From Novosphingobium sp. (GTDB lineage: Bacteria; Pseudomonadota; Alphaproteobacteria; Sphingomonadales; Sphingomonadaceae), in contig NZ_JBEBKB010000015.1 in NCBI RefSeq assembly GCF_040079535.1, positions 192 to 64,191 of the forward strand: DNA of 64,000 bases, written 5' to 3'. Made by a program: the position numbers and the translations under genes. Shown here one piece after another: positions 17,673 through 30,235 of this stretch. How positions within the stretch are numbered: position 1 is the first letter of the stretch; each line of letters begins with the position of its first letter. Under the pieces are notes generated by a model. It searched no databases, was not told the origin of the DNA, and saw only the letters and a program-made list of their open reading frames with translations.

Positions 17673-18080
17673 GTGCGTGATGCCGAAAATTCACAAGTCT
17701 TGGCTGACAGTCCGTTTGAACGGGTCGGCGGCCATCCGACGCTGCAGGCAATTTGCGAACGCTTCTATGACCTGATGGACCAGGATCCGGCCTATGCCGA
17801 TCTGCGCGCGATGCATGCGCCCGATCTATCGATGATGCGCGCGTTGCTGCCGCAGTTTCTGGCCGGCTGGGCCGGCGGCCCGCGCGACTGGTTTGAAGCC
17901 AATCCCGGAAAATGCATGATGAGCATGCACGCTCCTTTCCCGATCGGCCGCCAGACCGCTGACCAATGGGCAGACGCGATGACCCGCGCGATTGCCGAAA
18001 CCGATCTGGCCGACCGCGAGATTGCCAATGCCATGGCCGATGTGCTGGGCCGAATGGCCCGCGGCATGGCGCGCGAATAA
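17673..18080 (+). CDS. Group II truncated haemoglobin
   Basis: SPFERVGG, ERFYDLMD (B9-B10 FY), GWAGGP, proximal His in MHAPFPI, G8 Trp in QWADAM; start uncertain (GTG 17673 chosen). Confidence 0.85.
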   Translation: MRDAENSQVLADSPFERVGGHPTLQAICERFYDLMDQDPAYADLRAMHAPDLSMMRALLPQFLAGWAGGPRDWFEANPGKCMMSMHAPFPIGRQTADQWADAMTRAIAETDLADREIANAMADVLGRMARGMARE

Positions 18081-18117
18081 TTGCCAAGGCTGCAAGTCAG
18101 CCTTAACAGGCTCGCCT

Positions 18118-19380
18118 ATGAAGCCCAAACTGCTGTCCACCCTGCCCGGCTATACCGCCGCGCAGTTTGCCGCCGATGCCTTGGCTGGCCTGACCGTGGC
18201 GATGGTAGCCTTGCCGCTCAGCATCGCGATTGCGATTGCCTCCGGGGCTGATCCAGCAAAGGGCCTGATCACCGCCATAGTCGCCGGTTTTCTGATTTCG
18301 CTGCTGGGCGGAAGCCGGGTTCAGATCGGCGGACCGACCGGCGCATTTATCGTCGTGGTTTACAGCGTGATTGCCCAGCATGGCTATGACGGGCTGGTTC
18401 TGGCAACCCTGATGGCCGGAGTTATCCTGGTTGTGGCCGGGATGCTGAAGGCTGGAAATCTGATTGCCTATGTCCCCGAAGCCGTGGTCAACGGGTTCAC
18501 GATCGGGATCGCGATCATCATCGCCGCCAGCCAGTTGAAGGATTTCCTGGGCCTGACTGGCGGGGCCATGCCGGCTGAATTCATTGCCAAGCTGGAGGCG
18601 TTGTGGGCCGTGCGGACCAGCCTTAATCCGATCGCGCTGGCGATGGGATTGAGCGCTTTGGTCCTGATCGTCCTGTTGCGGCGGAGGTTTCCGCGATTTC
18701 CTGGGCTGATCGCGGCGATGGCGGCGGTTTCAGCAGGGATTGCCCTGTTGCACCTGCCGGTTGATACGATTGCATCGCGCTATGGCGAATTGCCCGCGGC
18801 ATTGCCGGCGCCGACAATGCCGGTGGTTTCGCTGGCGCGGCTCAACCAATTGTTGCCATCGGCGCTGGTAATCGCCTTCCTGGCCGCGATCGAATCGCTG
18901 CTCTCGGCGATGGTCGCCGACCGGATGATCGAAGGCAGGCATCGGCCCAATGCCGAAGTGCTGGCCCAGGGCTGGGCCAATATCGGCTCTGCGCTGTTTG
19001 GCGGCTTGCCCGCGACCGGAGCGATTGCCCGGACTGCGACCAATGTGCGCGCCGGGGCGACAACCCCGGTTGCCGGCCTGGTCCATGCTGCTGCCATCCT
19101 GGCGGTCATGATGATTGCCGCCCCGCTGGCTGGATACCTTGCCATGCCGGCGCTGGCAGCCTTGTTGCTGACCACCGCCTGGAATATGAGCGAGCCGCAC
19201 AAATGGGCCGGATACTGGGCCACCCCGATTGGCGACCGGGTACTGCTGCTGGTTACCATGGTGCTGACTGTGCTGAGCGATCTGACCGTTGCTATTGGCG
19301 TTGGCGTTGGCCTGGGGCTGGCCTTGCGCCTGCGCGACCGGCAGCTTGAAGCCGATGCCTGGCAGCCACCCGAGCGTTAG
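18118..19380 (+). CDS. SulP family anion permease lacking the C-terminal STAS domain
   Basis: DALAGLTVAMVALPLSIAIAIASG, GGSRVQIGGPTGAFIVVV, GAIARTATNVRAGA; ends shortly after the last TM at 420 aa. Confidence 0.9.
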   Translation: MKPKLLSTLPGYTAAQFAADALAGLTVAMVALPLSIAIAIASGADPAKGLITAIVAGFLISLLGGSRVQIGGPTGAFIVVVYSVIAQHGYDGLVLATLMAGVILVVAGMLKAGNLIAYVPEAVVNGFTIGIAIIIAASQLKDFLGLTGGAMPAEFIAKLEALWAVRTSLNPIALAMGLSALVLIVLLRRRFPRFPGLIAAMAAVSAGIALLHLPVDTIASRYGELPAALPAPTMPVVSLARLNQLLPSALVIAFLAAIESLLSAMVADRMIEGRHRPNAEVLAQGWANIGSALFGGLPATGAIARTATNVRAGATTPVAGLVHAAAILAVMMIAAPLAGYLAMPALAALLLTTAWNMSEPHKWAGYWATPIGDRVLLLVTMVLTVLSDLTVAIGVGVGLGLALRLRDRQLEADAWQPPER

Positions 19381-19661
19381 GAAATTTCGAGCTGCACCAG
19401 CTTGTCGCGGCCAGTCGAACCGCGCAGCAAGGTGATGCGCGATGGCGCTGTGCCAAGCGCGGCGGCCAGCACGGCAATGACCGCATCGTTGGCCTTGCCA
19501 TCCTGCGGCTTGGTCCGCACTTTGATCAGCAGCACCCCTGATCCCAGTTCAATCGCTTCGCTGCGTGCGCCCGGTGTTACCTTGAGCGCCAACCGGCCCT
19601 GGCTGTCGGCCAGCGCCCGGATTGCGGCGGCTGGCGGAAATTCAGCTTTCGGGCGAGCCAT
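19377..19661 (-). CDS. DUF167 (YggU) family protein
   Basis: LALKVTPGARSEAI, IKVRTKPQDGKANDAVIAVLAAALG, LLRGSTGRDKLV. Confidence 0.88.
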   Translation of the reverse strand: MARPKAEFPPAAAIRALADSQGRLALKVTPGARSEAIELGSGVLLIKVRTKPQDGKANDAVIAVLAAALGTAPSRITLLRGSTGRDKLVQLEIS

Positions 19662-20222
19662 CCATTTTGCCATTGTAAAGCGCGGCGTGGGCGCGCGCAT
19701 TTTCAACATAATGGGCAACGCCCATCTGCAACCCGGCAATCGCCCTGTCATCCAGATCGCGCATGAAAATCGCCGGGCGGCCGGTCCACAATTGCCGCGC
19801 CGGGATCCGTTTGCCCGGCGCCAACAGCGCGCCGGCTGCCAGCATCCCTTCGGCCTCGATCACGCAGCCGTTCATAGTCTGCGCGGCGAAGCCGACGAAG
19901 CCCTTGTCCTCAATTACGGTGCCGTGGATCATCGCCATATGGCCGATCAGCACATTATCCCCGATCAGTGTCGGGAAGCCGGCGGGCGCGCCCGGCATTG
20001 GGCCATCGCAGTGGATCACGCTGCCATCCTGCACATTGGTGCGCGCGCCGATCACCACTTTGGTAACATCGCCGCGGATCACGCAATTGTACCAGATGCT
20101 GGCATCTGGGCCGATCTCGACATCGCCGATGATCCGGCAGCCCGGCGCGATAAAGGCGCTATCATGGATCCGCGGGGCCTTGCCGCCGAAAGCCATGATG
20201 GTGGTATCGGGTCGTTGCATGA

Positions 20223-20226
<4 letters not shown>
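19642..20226 (-). CDS. Gamma carbonic anhydrase family protein (YrdA-like)
   Basis: SAFIAPGCRIIGDVEIG, IWYNCVIRGD, TNVQDGSVIHCD, IGHMAMIHG hexapeptide repeats with His ligands. Confidence 0.93.
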
Positions 20227-23505
<3,279 letters not shown>

Positions 23506-23527
23506 TTAGGCCCGCAAACGCAAACCT

Positions 23528-25108
23528 TCAATTCCCCAGGCGGTCAATCTCGCGCCGGGCTTCGGGCTTGCCGATCGCGGCCTGACGCGGCGCCAGGCTG
23601 TTAAGCGCAGCACCCGGGGTGATCGCCTTCATCTGGATCAGCCGTGCCTTGTAGGCCGCAAGCTCTGCCGGATCGACCTGGTTGACCACCGTGAACGAGA
23701 CGGTCATCGGGTTAACCGTGGTTCCGCCGCGGTACAGTTCATAATGCAGATGCGGGCCGGTTGAGAGCCCGGTCGAACCGACATAGCCGATCACTTGTCC
23801 AGCCCGAACCTGGCTGCCCGGTGCCACCGCAATCCGGCTCATGTGGGCATAACCAGTGGCAAATCCGCCCGGGTGATTCAGCCTGACATAGTTGCCATGG
23901 CCGCCGTGCCAGCCGGCGAAATTGACCGTTGCATCGCTGACCGCATAGATTGGCGAACCATAGGCAGCACCAAAATCGATCCCGGCGTGCATGCGGGTAT
24001 ACCCCAGAACCGGGTGGCGCCGTGCGCCAAAGCCCGATGTAACCCGCCCGCCAACAACCGGCATGATCAAGCCGGTGCGCTGTTGGCCCATGCCGCTCGC
24101 CTCAAAAAACTGGCCGTCCTTGCCCCACCGCAGCAGCTGCGCCTTGGCCCGGCCATCATGTTCAAGCCCGGCATAGAGCAGTTCGCCCACCTGGGTTTCA
24201 CCACTGGCAGCGCGGCGGAACGAAACCACGATATCGAAGGTATCGCCAGGCTCGATTCCGGCATCGAGGCTCATATGCTGATCGAGCACTTGCAGGTATT
24301 GCTGGATCGCCTCGATCGGAGCGCCGGCCGCCCGGGCAGAGAGGTAGATCCCCGATCCCACCGTGCCGCGGATCCGCAGCGGAGTTGTATCGATCGCGAT
24401 CGGCCGGCTTTGCAGCTGCAACAGGCCGCCGATCCGGCTGATGCTGAGATCAAGATCGAAACGCGCCCTGAAATCGATCATCTGGAGCGCCCGGCCGCCC
24501 TGTGCGGTGCTGGCCAGCGCAATATCAAACTGGGTTCCCGGCGCAATCTGATCAAGCGGGATCTGGCCGGCGACCAGCCTGGCTACCTCAGCCGAATCCG
24601 CTGCGCTCAGCCCGGCACGGGCCAGCATCCGTTCAAAGCTATCGCCCTGGGTCAAGGTCGCGGTAAATTTCACGCTGGCGCTTTGAGCCGGACCTTGTGC
24701 CGCGATCAGCGCCGAAGTTGCCGCCATGCGCCGGCCGCTGTCGGCGCCCAGCGCCAGCGGCTGGATCATCTGAACCCGGAATTCCTCGCGCGCGTTGCTA
24801 TCGATCGGCATCGCCGGAAGCGCCGCAACTGCCTTGGCATTGGGCCACAGCGCCAGGGCTGCGGCGCCAAGCGACAGCATGACACCCAAACCTTTGAACC
24901 AGTGGGCGGAACCGATATCTTCAGCCAGATCACAGGTCCAGTCAGCTTGAGCCTGACGGGCAATATAGCCGCGCAGCCGGGCAATTCGGCCCGATTGGAT
25001 GGCAGGCTCTGTGGTGACGCGGTCAATCGCTTGCGCTTGGCTTAGCGCTGCGGCCCCTGATGCGGGGCCACCCTGACCGAACTGCGGCAATTCACGCGGC
25101 TTGAACAA
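23528..25108 (-). CDS. M23 family metallopeptidase (MepM-like, TM-anchored)
   Basis: RMHAGIDFGA (HxxxD), TGYAHMS, STGPHLHYE; N-terminal TM; TTG start. Confidence 0.9.
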   Translation of the reverse strand: MFKPRELPQFGQGGPASGAAALSQAQAIDRVTTEPAIQSGRIARLRGYIARQAQADWTCDLAEDIGSAHWFKGLGVMLSLGAAALALWPNAKAVAALPAMPIDSNAREEFRVQMIQPLALGADSGRRMAATSALIAAQGPAQSASVKFTATLTQGDSFERMLARAGLSAADSAEVARLVAGQIPLDQIAPGTQFDIALASTAQGGRALQMIDFRARFDLDLSISRIGGLLQLQSRPIAIDTTPLRIRGTVGSGIYLSARAAGAPIEAIQQYLQVLDQHMSLDAGIEPGDTFDIVVSFRRAASGETQVGELLYAGLEHDGRAKAQLLRWGKDGQFFEASGMGQQRTGLIMPVVGGRVTSGFGARRHPVLGYTRMHAGIDFGAAYGSPIYAVSDATVNFAGWHGGHGNYVRLNHPGGFATGYAHMSRIAVAPGSQVRAGQVIGYVGSTGLSTGPHLHYELYRGGTTVNPMTVSFTVVNQVDPAELAAYKARLIQMKAITPGAALNSLAPRQAAIGKPEARREIDRLGN

Positions 25109-25156
25109 GTTTGGCCCCCTGGGGTGGACGTACCGCTTCTCCCTGCACTGGTTTGG

Positions 25157-25171
25157 TTAAACTTCGCCTAA
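25157..25171. promoter_or_regulatory. Putative CtrA box TTAA-N7-CTAA
   Basis: TTAAACTTCGCCTAA; reads TTAG-N7-TTAACC on the minus strand, 49 bp upstream of the M23 start. Confidence 0.5.
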
Positions 25172-25254
25172 TTTCGGCACATTTCGCCAGTTCTGGGGAG
25201 AGCCGGGACGGGCCTATTGCCGCGCCGTCCAGCTACCACCACATTATCTGCATT

Positions 25255-27783
25255 ATGGTCCGCAATTCGGCTTCTTCATGTCTCAAGGCGGTGCTGGGGC
25301 CAACCAATACCGGCAAGACCCACCTTGCGATTGAGCGGATGTGCGCGCATTCGTCTGGCGCGATCGGATTTCCGCTTCGGCTGCTAGCGCGCGAGGTTTA
25401 CGAAAAAGTCTGTGCCATCAAAGGGGCCGAACGGGTTGCCCTGATCACCGGCGAGGAGCGGATCGAGCCGAAACACGCCCGCTATCTGCTGTGCACCGCT
25501 GAAGCCATGCCAGTAGCGGCAGACCTGGCCTTTGTTGTGATCGACGAGGCGCAGCTTGGTGCAGATCGTGAGCGCGGGCACATCTTTACCGACCGGTTGC
25601 TGCACGCCAGAGGCCGCGAGGAAACCATGCTGCTGGGATCGGGTACGCTTGAACCGCTGGTTCGCGCGCTGCTGCCCGAGGCCGAGATCGTCACCCGCCC
25701 GCGCTTTTCAACGCTTAGCCATGCTGGCGCAAAGAAGCTCAGCCGGGTGCCGCCGCGTTCGGCGCTGGTCGCCTTTTCAACAGAGCAGGTATACGCGGTG
25801 GCTGAAATGCTGCGCCGTTTCAGGGGTGGGGCGGCAGTGGTGATGGGCGCGCTAAGCCCCGAAACCCGCAACAAGCAGGTCGCGCTCTACCAATCGGGCG
25901 AGGTGGACTATCTGGTTGCCACCGATGCGATCGGTATGGGGCTTAATCTGGATATAGATCACGTTGCTTTTGCGGGTCTTTCCAAGTTTGACGGCCAGCG
26001 TCAGCGGCGCCTGACCACCGCCGAAATGGCCCAGATCGCCGGGCGGGCCGGGCGCCACCAGCGTGACGGAACATTTGGCACTTTGGCCGGAAGCGGCAGT
26101 CATGACGCCGAATTTACCGCCGATGAGGTCTATGGGATTGAAGAGCACCGCTTTGCCCCGCTGACCCGGCTGTTCTGGCGCGAACCCCAGCCAGACTGCG
26201 CATCACTGGCCGGGCTGATCGCCGATCTTTCCCGTCCGCCGAACCAGCCCGAACTGGCGCTGGCCCCCGAAGCGATCGACCTTGCTGTGCTCAAGCGTCT
26301 GGCAGAAGACCCCGAGATTGGCGGAAAAGTGCGGGGCGAGGCGCAGATCAAGCGGTTCTGGGCGGCCTGTTCGCTGCCCGATTTTCGCCAGTATGGGGCA
26401 GAGAACCATTCCCGGTTTGTAGCAAGGCTGTGGCAGGATCTGGCCAAAGGGATGCTGGGCAGCGATTATGTCGCACGCTCGATCGCTGATCTAGACAATC
26501 CCGCTGGCGATATAGACACCCTGCAGATGCGGATCGCTGCGATCCGGAGCTGGGCCTATATCGCGCAGCGGCCCGATTGGGTGCTGGCCCGCGAGGAAAT
26601 GGCAGCCCGGGCCCGCGCCGCTGAGGCCCGGCTTTCCGATGCCTTGCATGCCCGGCTAACCGAACGCTTCGTCAATCGCCGCACTTCGGTGTTGATGAAA
26701 AAGCTGGGCAATGATGCTGCGCTGCTCCCGGTGGCGCTGGAAGGTGATGAAGTGCTGGTTGATGGCGAGGCGATCGGGCACCTGGCCGGTTTTCGGTTCC
26801 GGGTTGATCCGCAGGCCCGCCTGGCTGACCGCAAGCTGCTGCTGTCCGCCGCCGAGCGCCACTTGCCGGCGCTGCGAGCCCAGCGCGCGGCGATGCTGGC
26901 CGAGGCCTTGGCGAAAGGCGCCGCCGATTTGCAGCTGAACGGCGCTGAGCTACGCTGGGAAGGCGCGCTGCTTGGCCGGCTTGCGGCGGGAAAAAGTTTG
27001 CTCAGACCGCTGATCGTACTCGACAAGGCGCTGGATGATTTGCCAGCAACAGTGCGGCGGGGGTTGGGTGATGCACTGGCGCTGTGGCTTGATGGAGCCA
27101 TGCTGCCGCTGGCACCGCTGGCGCGAATTGCCGCCGCCTCAGCCGATCCTGCCGCCGGGGCAGAGCTGCGGGCGCTGCTGATCCGGCTGGCCGAAAGTGG
27201 CGGTTTGATGGAACGGCAAGCAGCCCGGCTTGAACGGCTTACGCCGCTGCAACGCAAATTTCTGACCCGGCTTGGCATCAAGGTAGGGGCGCTTGATCTG
27301 TTTGTGCCGGATATGCTGAAACCGGCTGCGCTTGGCGCCTGGCGGGTGCTGCGGTCGATCGGCGGCGTGCATTTGGCAGCTCCGGTCCCGGCGATGCCGC
27401 CGGTTGTGGCAGCCAGCGGCAAATTCCCGGTGCCGCCGGGCTATCGACTGTTGGGGCAGCAGGCGATCAGGATCGATCTGGCTGAAAAGCTGCTGCGCGC
27501 CGCGCATGAGGTGCGGGTGGCTGCGGGCCGCAAGGACTTTGTGCTCAATCCGGCGCTGGCGATATCAACGGGCCTTACAACTGCCAGCTATGCCTTGCTG
27601 CTGCGGCTGGCAGGATTCCGCGCAACTGTGTCTCGGCCGTTACCGCCGGCCGCGCTGGGACCGCCGCAGCCGCCGCGCTGGCGCTGGCAACCGCTGCGGC
27701 AGGGACTGCCGGTGGCAAATGCGGCTCCGATTGCCCCCCGGCCCGGCAATGCATTTGCCGCATTGGCAGAGCTACTGCGCTGA
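25255..27783 (+). CDS. SUV3/MgpS-like superfamily 2 helicase
   Basis: AVLGPTNTGKTHLA, VIDEAQ, ATDAIGMGLN, QIAGRAGR motifs; start reassigned to ATG 25255. Confidence 0.92.
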   Translation: MVRNSASSCLKAVLGPTNTGKTHLAIERMCAHSSGAIGFPLRLLAREVYEKVCAIKGAERVALITGEERIEPKHARYLLCTAEAMPVAADLAFVVIDEAQLGADRERGHIFTDRLLHARGREETMLLGSGTLEPLVRALLPEAEIVTRPRFSTLSHAGAKKLSRVPPRSALVAFSTEQVYAVAEMLRRFRGGAAVVMGALSPETRNKQVALYQSGEVDYLVATDAIGMGLNLDIDHVAFAGLSKFDGQRQRRLTTAEMAQIAGRAGRHQRDGTFGTLAGSGSHDAEFTADEVYGIEEHRFAPLTRLFWREPQPDCASLAGLIADLSRPPNQPELALAPEAIDLAVLKRLAEDPEIGGKVRGEAQIKRFWAACSLPDFRQYGAENHSRFVARLWQDLAKGMLGSDYVARSIADLDNPAGDIDTLQMRIAAIRSWAYIAQRPDWVLAREEMAARARAAEARLSDALHARLTERFVNRRTSVLMKKLGNDAALLPVALEGDEVLVDGEAIGHLAGFRFRVDPQARLADRKLLLSAAERHLPALRAQRAAMLAEALAKGAADLQLNGAELRWEGALLGRLAAGKSLLRPLIVLDKALDDLPATVRRGLGDALALWLDGAMLPLAPLARIAAASADPAAGAELRALLIRLAESGGLMERQAARLERLTPLQRKFLTRLGIKVGALDLFVPDMLKPAALGAWRVLRSIGGVHLAAPVPAMPPVVAASGKFPVPPGYRLLGQQAIRIDLAEKLLRAAHEVRVAAGRKDFVLNPALAISTGLTTASYALLLRLAGFRATVSRPLPPAALGPPQPPRWRWQPLRQGLPVANAAPIAPRPGNAFAALAELLR

Positions 27784-27799
27784 TGCTGGTGATAGCCGG

Positions 27800-28111
27800 G
27801 TGAGGATCGACAAATTGCTCTGGTACCTGCGCCTTGCCGCCAGCCGCAATCTGGCCCAGGCTTGGGTTTTGGCCGGGCACATCCGGATCAACGGGCGCCG
27901 GACCGACAAGCCTGGACACGCTGTCAAAGCCGGCGATGTGCTGACCTTGCCGATGCGCCTTGGCGTCAATGTGATCGAGATTACCACTTTGCCAATCCGG
28001 CGCGGACCGGCGCTGGAAGCACAAAGCTGCTACCGGGTGCTTGACGGGAGCGCGGCAAATCTCATAGCAGACGTTCAACCGATACTTTCCACTGGGGATC
28101 CGATACCATGA
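27800..28111 (+). CDS. S4 RNA-binding domain protein (Hsp15-like)
   Basis: [20 protein letters not shown]...[24 protein letters not shown]; GTG start at 27800. Confidence 0.88.
   Translation: MRIDKLLWYLRLAASRNLAQAWVLAGHIRINGRRTDKPGHAVKAGDVLTLPMRLGVNVIEITTLPIRRGPALEAQSCYRVLDGSAANLIADVQPILSTGDPIP
28041..28068 (+). promoter_or_regulatory. Putative internal sigma70 promoter for fdxA
   Basis: TTGACG (28041-28046)-N16-CATAGC (28063-28068) inside the S4 gene, about 40 nt before the fdxA ATG. Confidence 0.4.
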
Positions 28112-28446
28112 CCTATGTCGTCACCGACGCCTGCATCAAGTGCAAGTATATGGACTGTGTAGAGGTCTGCCCGGTCGATTGCTTCTATGAGGGTGAGAAT
28201 ATGCTGGTGATCAACCCCAGCGAATGCATCGATTGCGGGGTGTGCGAACCTGAATGCCCGGCCGAAGCAATCCTGCCTGATACCGAAAGCGGGCTAGAGC
28301 AGTGGCTTGAGCTGAATACCAAATATTCTGCCGAATGGCCCAACCTGACCACCAAGAAGGAAACCCCTGCCGACGCCGACGAGCACAAGGGCGAAGACGG
28401 CAAGTTCGACAAGTACTTCTCGGCGGAGCCCGGCGAAGGCGATTGA
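28108..28446 (+). CDS. fdxA: Ferredoxin FdxA (7Fe/8Fe)
   Basis: [29 protein letters not shown]...[12 protein letters not shown]. Confidence 0.97.
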   Translation: MTYVVTDACIKCKYMDCVEVCPVDCFYEGENMLVINPSECIDCGVCEPECPAEAILPDTESGLEQWLELNTKYSAEWPNLTTKKETPADADEHKGEDGKFDKYFSAEPGEGD

Positions 28447-28461
28447 GGGGATTGAAAGTGC

Positions 28462-28486
28462 GCTGATCGCCTCCGCGATCAGCTTT
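28462..28486 (+). terminator. Probable intrinsic terminator after fdxA
   Basis: GCTGATCGC-CTCC-GCGATCAGC followed by TTT. Confidence 0.55.
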
Positions 28487-28727
28487 GCAACACCGGCGTA
28501 AGCCGGAAAAGACGCGCCTATGGCAATAATGTTGCGGATATGTTATACGCTTGGCCACAGGCGGCGGGATTCGGGTTTCCGTCGCACGAGCGAATCTTGA
28601 AAGGCCGGAATTCTATCTGCGGTTGATGGCAGCATCGAGCGGGCAATTTGCTTGGCCGATACCTAACTGTGATCGATCGTCCTGGTGCCGCGCAGCTACA
28701 CCAGACCGGTAAACGAAAGGACGTTAC

Positions 28728-29264
28728 ATGGTGATCAAGGCAAATGCCTTCGATGTTGGCGATTACGTTGTTTATCCCAAGCACGGCGTCGGCCGGGTGA
28801 TTGAACTGCTAGAGCAGGAAATCGCCGGGATGCAGCTTGAACTTTATGTGCTGCGCTTTGAAAAAGAACGGATGACCCTGCGCGTGCCGGTCAGCAAGGT
28901 CGAAGCGATCGGGATGCGCAAGCTCTCATCAGACAAGACCCTGCGCGAAGCGCTCGATACGCTTAAGGGCAAGCCCAAGGTCAAGCGCACAATGTGGTCG
29001 CGCCGCGCCCAGGAATACGAAGCAAAGATCAATTCGGGCGATCTGGTTTCAATCGCCGAAGTGACCCGCGATCTGTTCCGTGCAGACGATCAGCCTGAAC
29101 AAAGCTATTCCGAACGGCAGATCTTTGAAGCCGCCTCATCGCGCCTGGCGCGCGAACTGGCGGCCATGGAAAAGACTGACGAGCCAACCGCGCTGCAAAA
29201 GATCCTGGCGATCCTTAATGAGCATGCCCCCAAATACTATGCGGAAGCCGTGGTTACCGCCTGA
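28728..29264 (+). CDS. carD: CarD family transcription factor
   Basis: FDVGDYVVYPKHGVGRV, LRVPV, RTMWSRRAQEYEAKINSGD, SYSERQIFE; AAAGGA SD. Confidence 0.96.
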   Translation: MVIKANAFDVGDYVVYPKHGVGRVIELLEQEIAGMQLELYVLRFEKERMTLRVPVSKVEAIGMRKLSSDKTLREALDTLKGKPKVKRTMWSRRAQEYEAKINSGDLVSIAEVTRDLFRADDQPEQSYSERQIFEAASSRLARELAAMEKTDEPTALQKILAILNEHAPKYYAEAVVTA

Positions 29265-29294
29265 TTTGGGCCCAATTTGAACATTGGCTTTGGC

Positions 29295-29325
29295 AAAAGG
29301 GCCGTCCTGCTGGGGCGGCCCTTTT
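29295..29325. terminator. Intrinsic terminator after carD (potentially bidirectional)
   Basis: AAAAGGGCCGTCC-TGCT-GGGGCGGCCCTTTT. Confidence 0.8.
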
Positions 29326-29425
29326 CCTATGAACGGCTGCGCTGGACCGATGGATGGCACAGCGCGCCCTTGATCGCTCCGCATTGCTGTATTATTTCAC
29401 CAATACACAACAGTGGAGAACCGGC

Positions 29426-30235
29426 ATGAAATTTGGCCATTTCCTGAAATCAATCGCCCCCGTGCTGGCCCTGGCCATGGCGGCAGGCGTTTCGGGCTGC
29501 GACGGATCGAGCATCAAGATCAACGGTGAGGAAGGCAAAAAGCTGTCCGAGCTGGATCTTTCGGGCCCGGTGCCGGATGAACTGGCGATGTTTGGCCCCG
29601 ACAAGGTCGAAGTGACCCAGGGCGACAAGCTGGCAATCACCGTCGATGGCGATCCGGAAGCCGCCGCGCAGGTGCGCTTTACCCTGAAGGACGGTACACT
29701 GGGCATCCTGCGCGCAGACAAGGTCTTTTCCAGCGGCGGAAAAATCGCGGTAATCCATGTCACCATGCCGGCCCCGCGCGATGTGGCGATGTTTGGTTCG
29801 GGCACAATCAACACTGCGGCGCTGGGCCGCGATGCCACGGTGATGATCGCGGGATCGGGCCGGATCGAGGCGCAGAGCCTGGGCGGCGGTAAGCTGGACG
29901 TAACTTTGCCGGGTTCAGGCGCGATTCGTGCGGCCGGGAATATCGATCAGCTTGACGTAACGATCATGGGCAGCGGCAGCGCCGAACTGGATGCCGTGCG
30001 CACCGGCAAGGCCAAGATTTCGATCATGGGATCGGGCGGTGCAGCCTTTGCTTCTGACGGCGATGTTGAAGCGACGATCATGGGATCGGGATCAGTCAAA
30101 GTGAAAGGCCGCGCGCGCTGCACGGTGAGCGCGATGGGATCGGGCAAGCTGGTCTGCGAAAACGGCGCTACCGAAAGCGATGCCGATAGGGCGCCCGAGC
30201 CCCCTGAAGCACCCGAACTGCCCGAGGCACCCTAG
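29426..30235 (+). CDS. DUF2807 / head GIN domain lipoprotein
   Basis: Lipobox VSGC, repeated GSG beta-helix motifs (MFGSGTI, IAGSGRI, IMGSGSA, IMGSGSV); GGAG SD before ATG 29426. Confidence 0.88.
   Translation: MKFGHFLKSIAPVLALAMAAGVSGCDGSSIKINGEEGKKLSELDLSGPVPDELAMFGPDKVEVTQGDKLAITVDGDPEAAAQVRFTLKDGTLGILRADKVFSSGGKIAVIHVTMPAPRDVAMFGSGTINTAALGRDATVMIAGSGRIEAQSLGGGKLDVTLPGSGAIRAAGNIDQLDVTIMGSGSAELDAVRTGKAKISIMGSGGAAFASDGDVEATIMGSGSVKVKGRARCTVSAMGSGKLVCENGATESDADRAPEPPEAPELPEAP

Noticed and set aside
15166-18087. Long minus-strand ORFs (394 aa and 419 aa) opposite clpA
   Set aside because: Antisense shadow frames with no motifs; the plus strand is a clear clpA.
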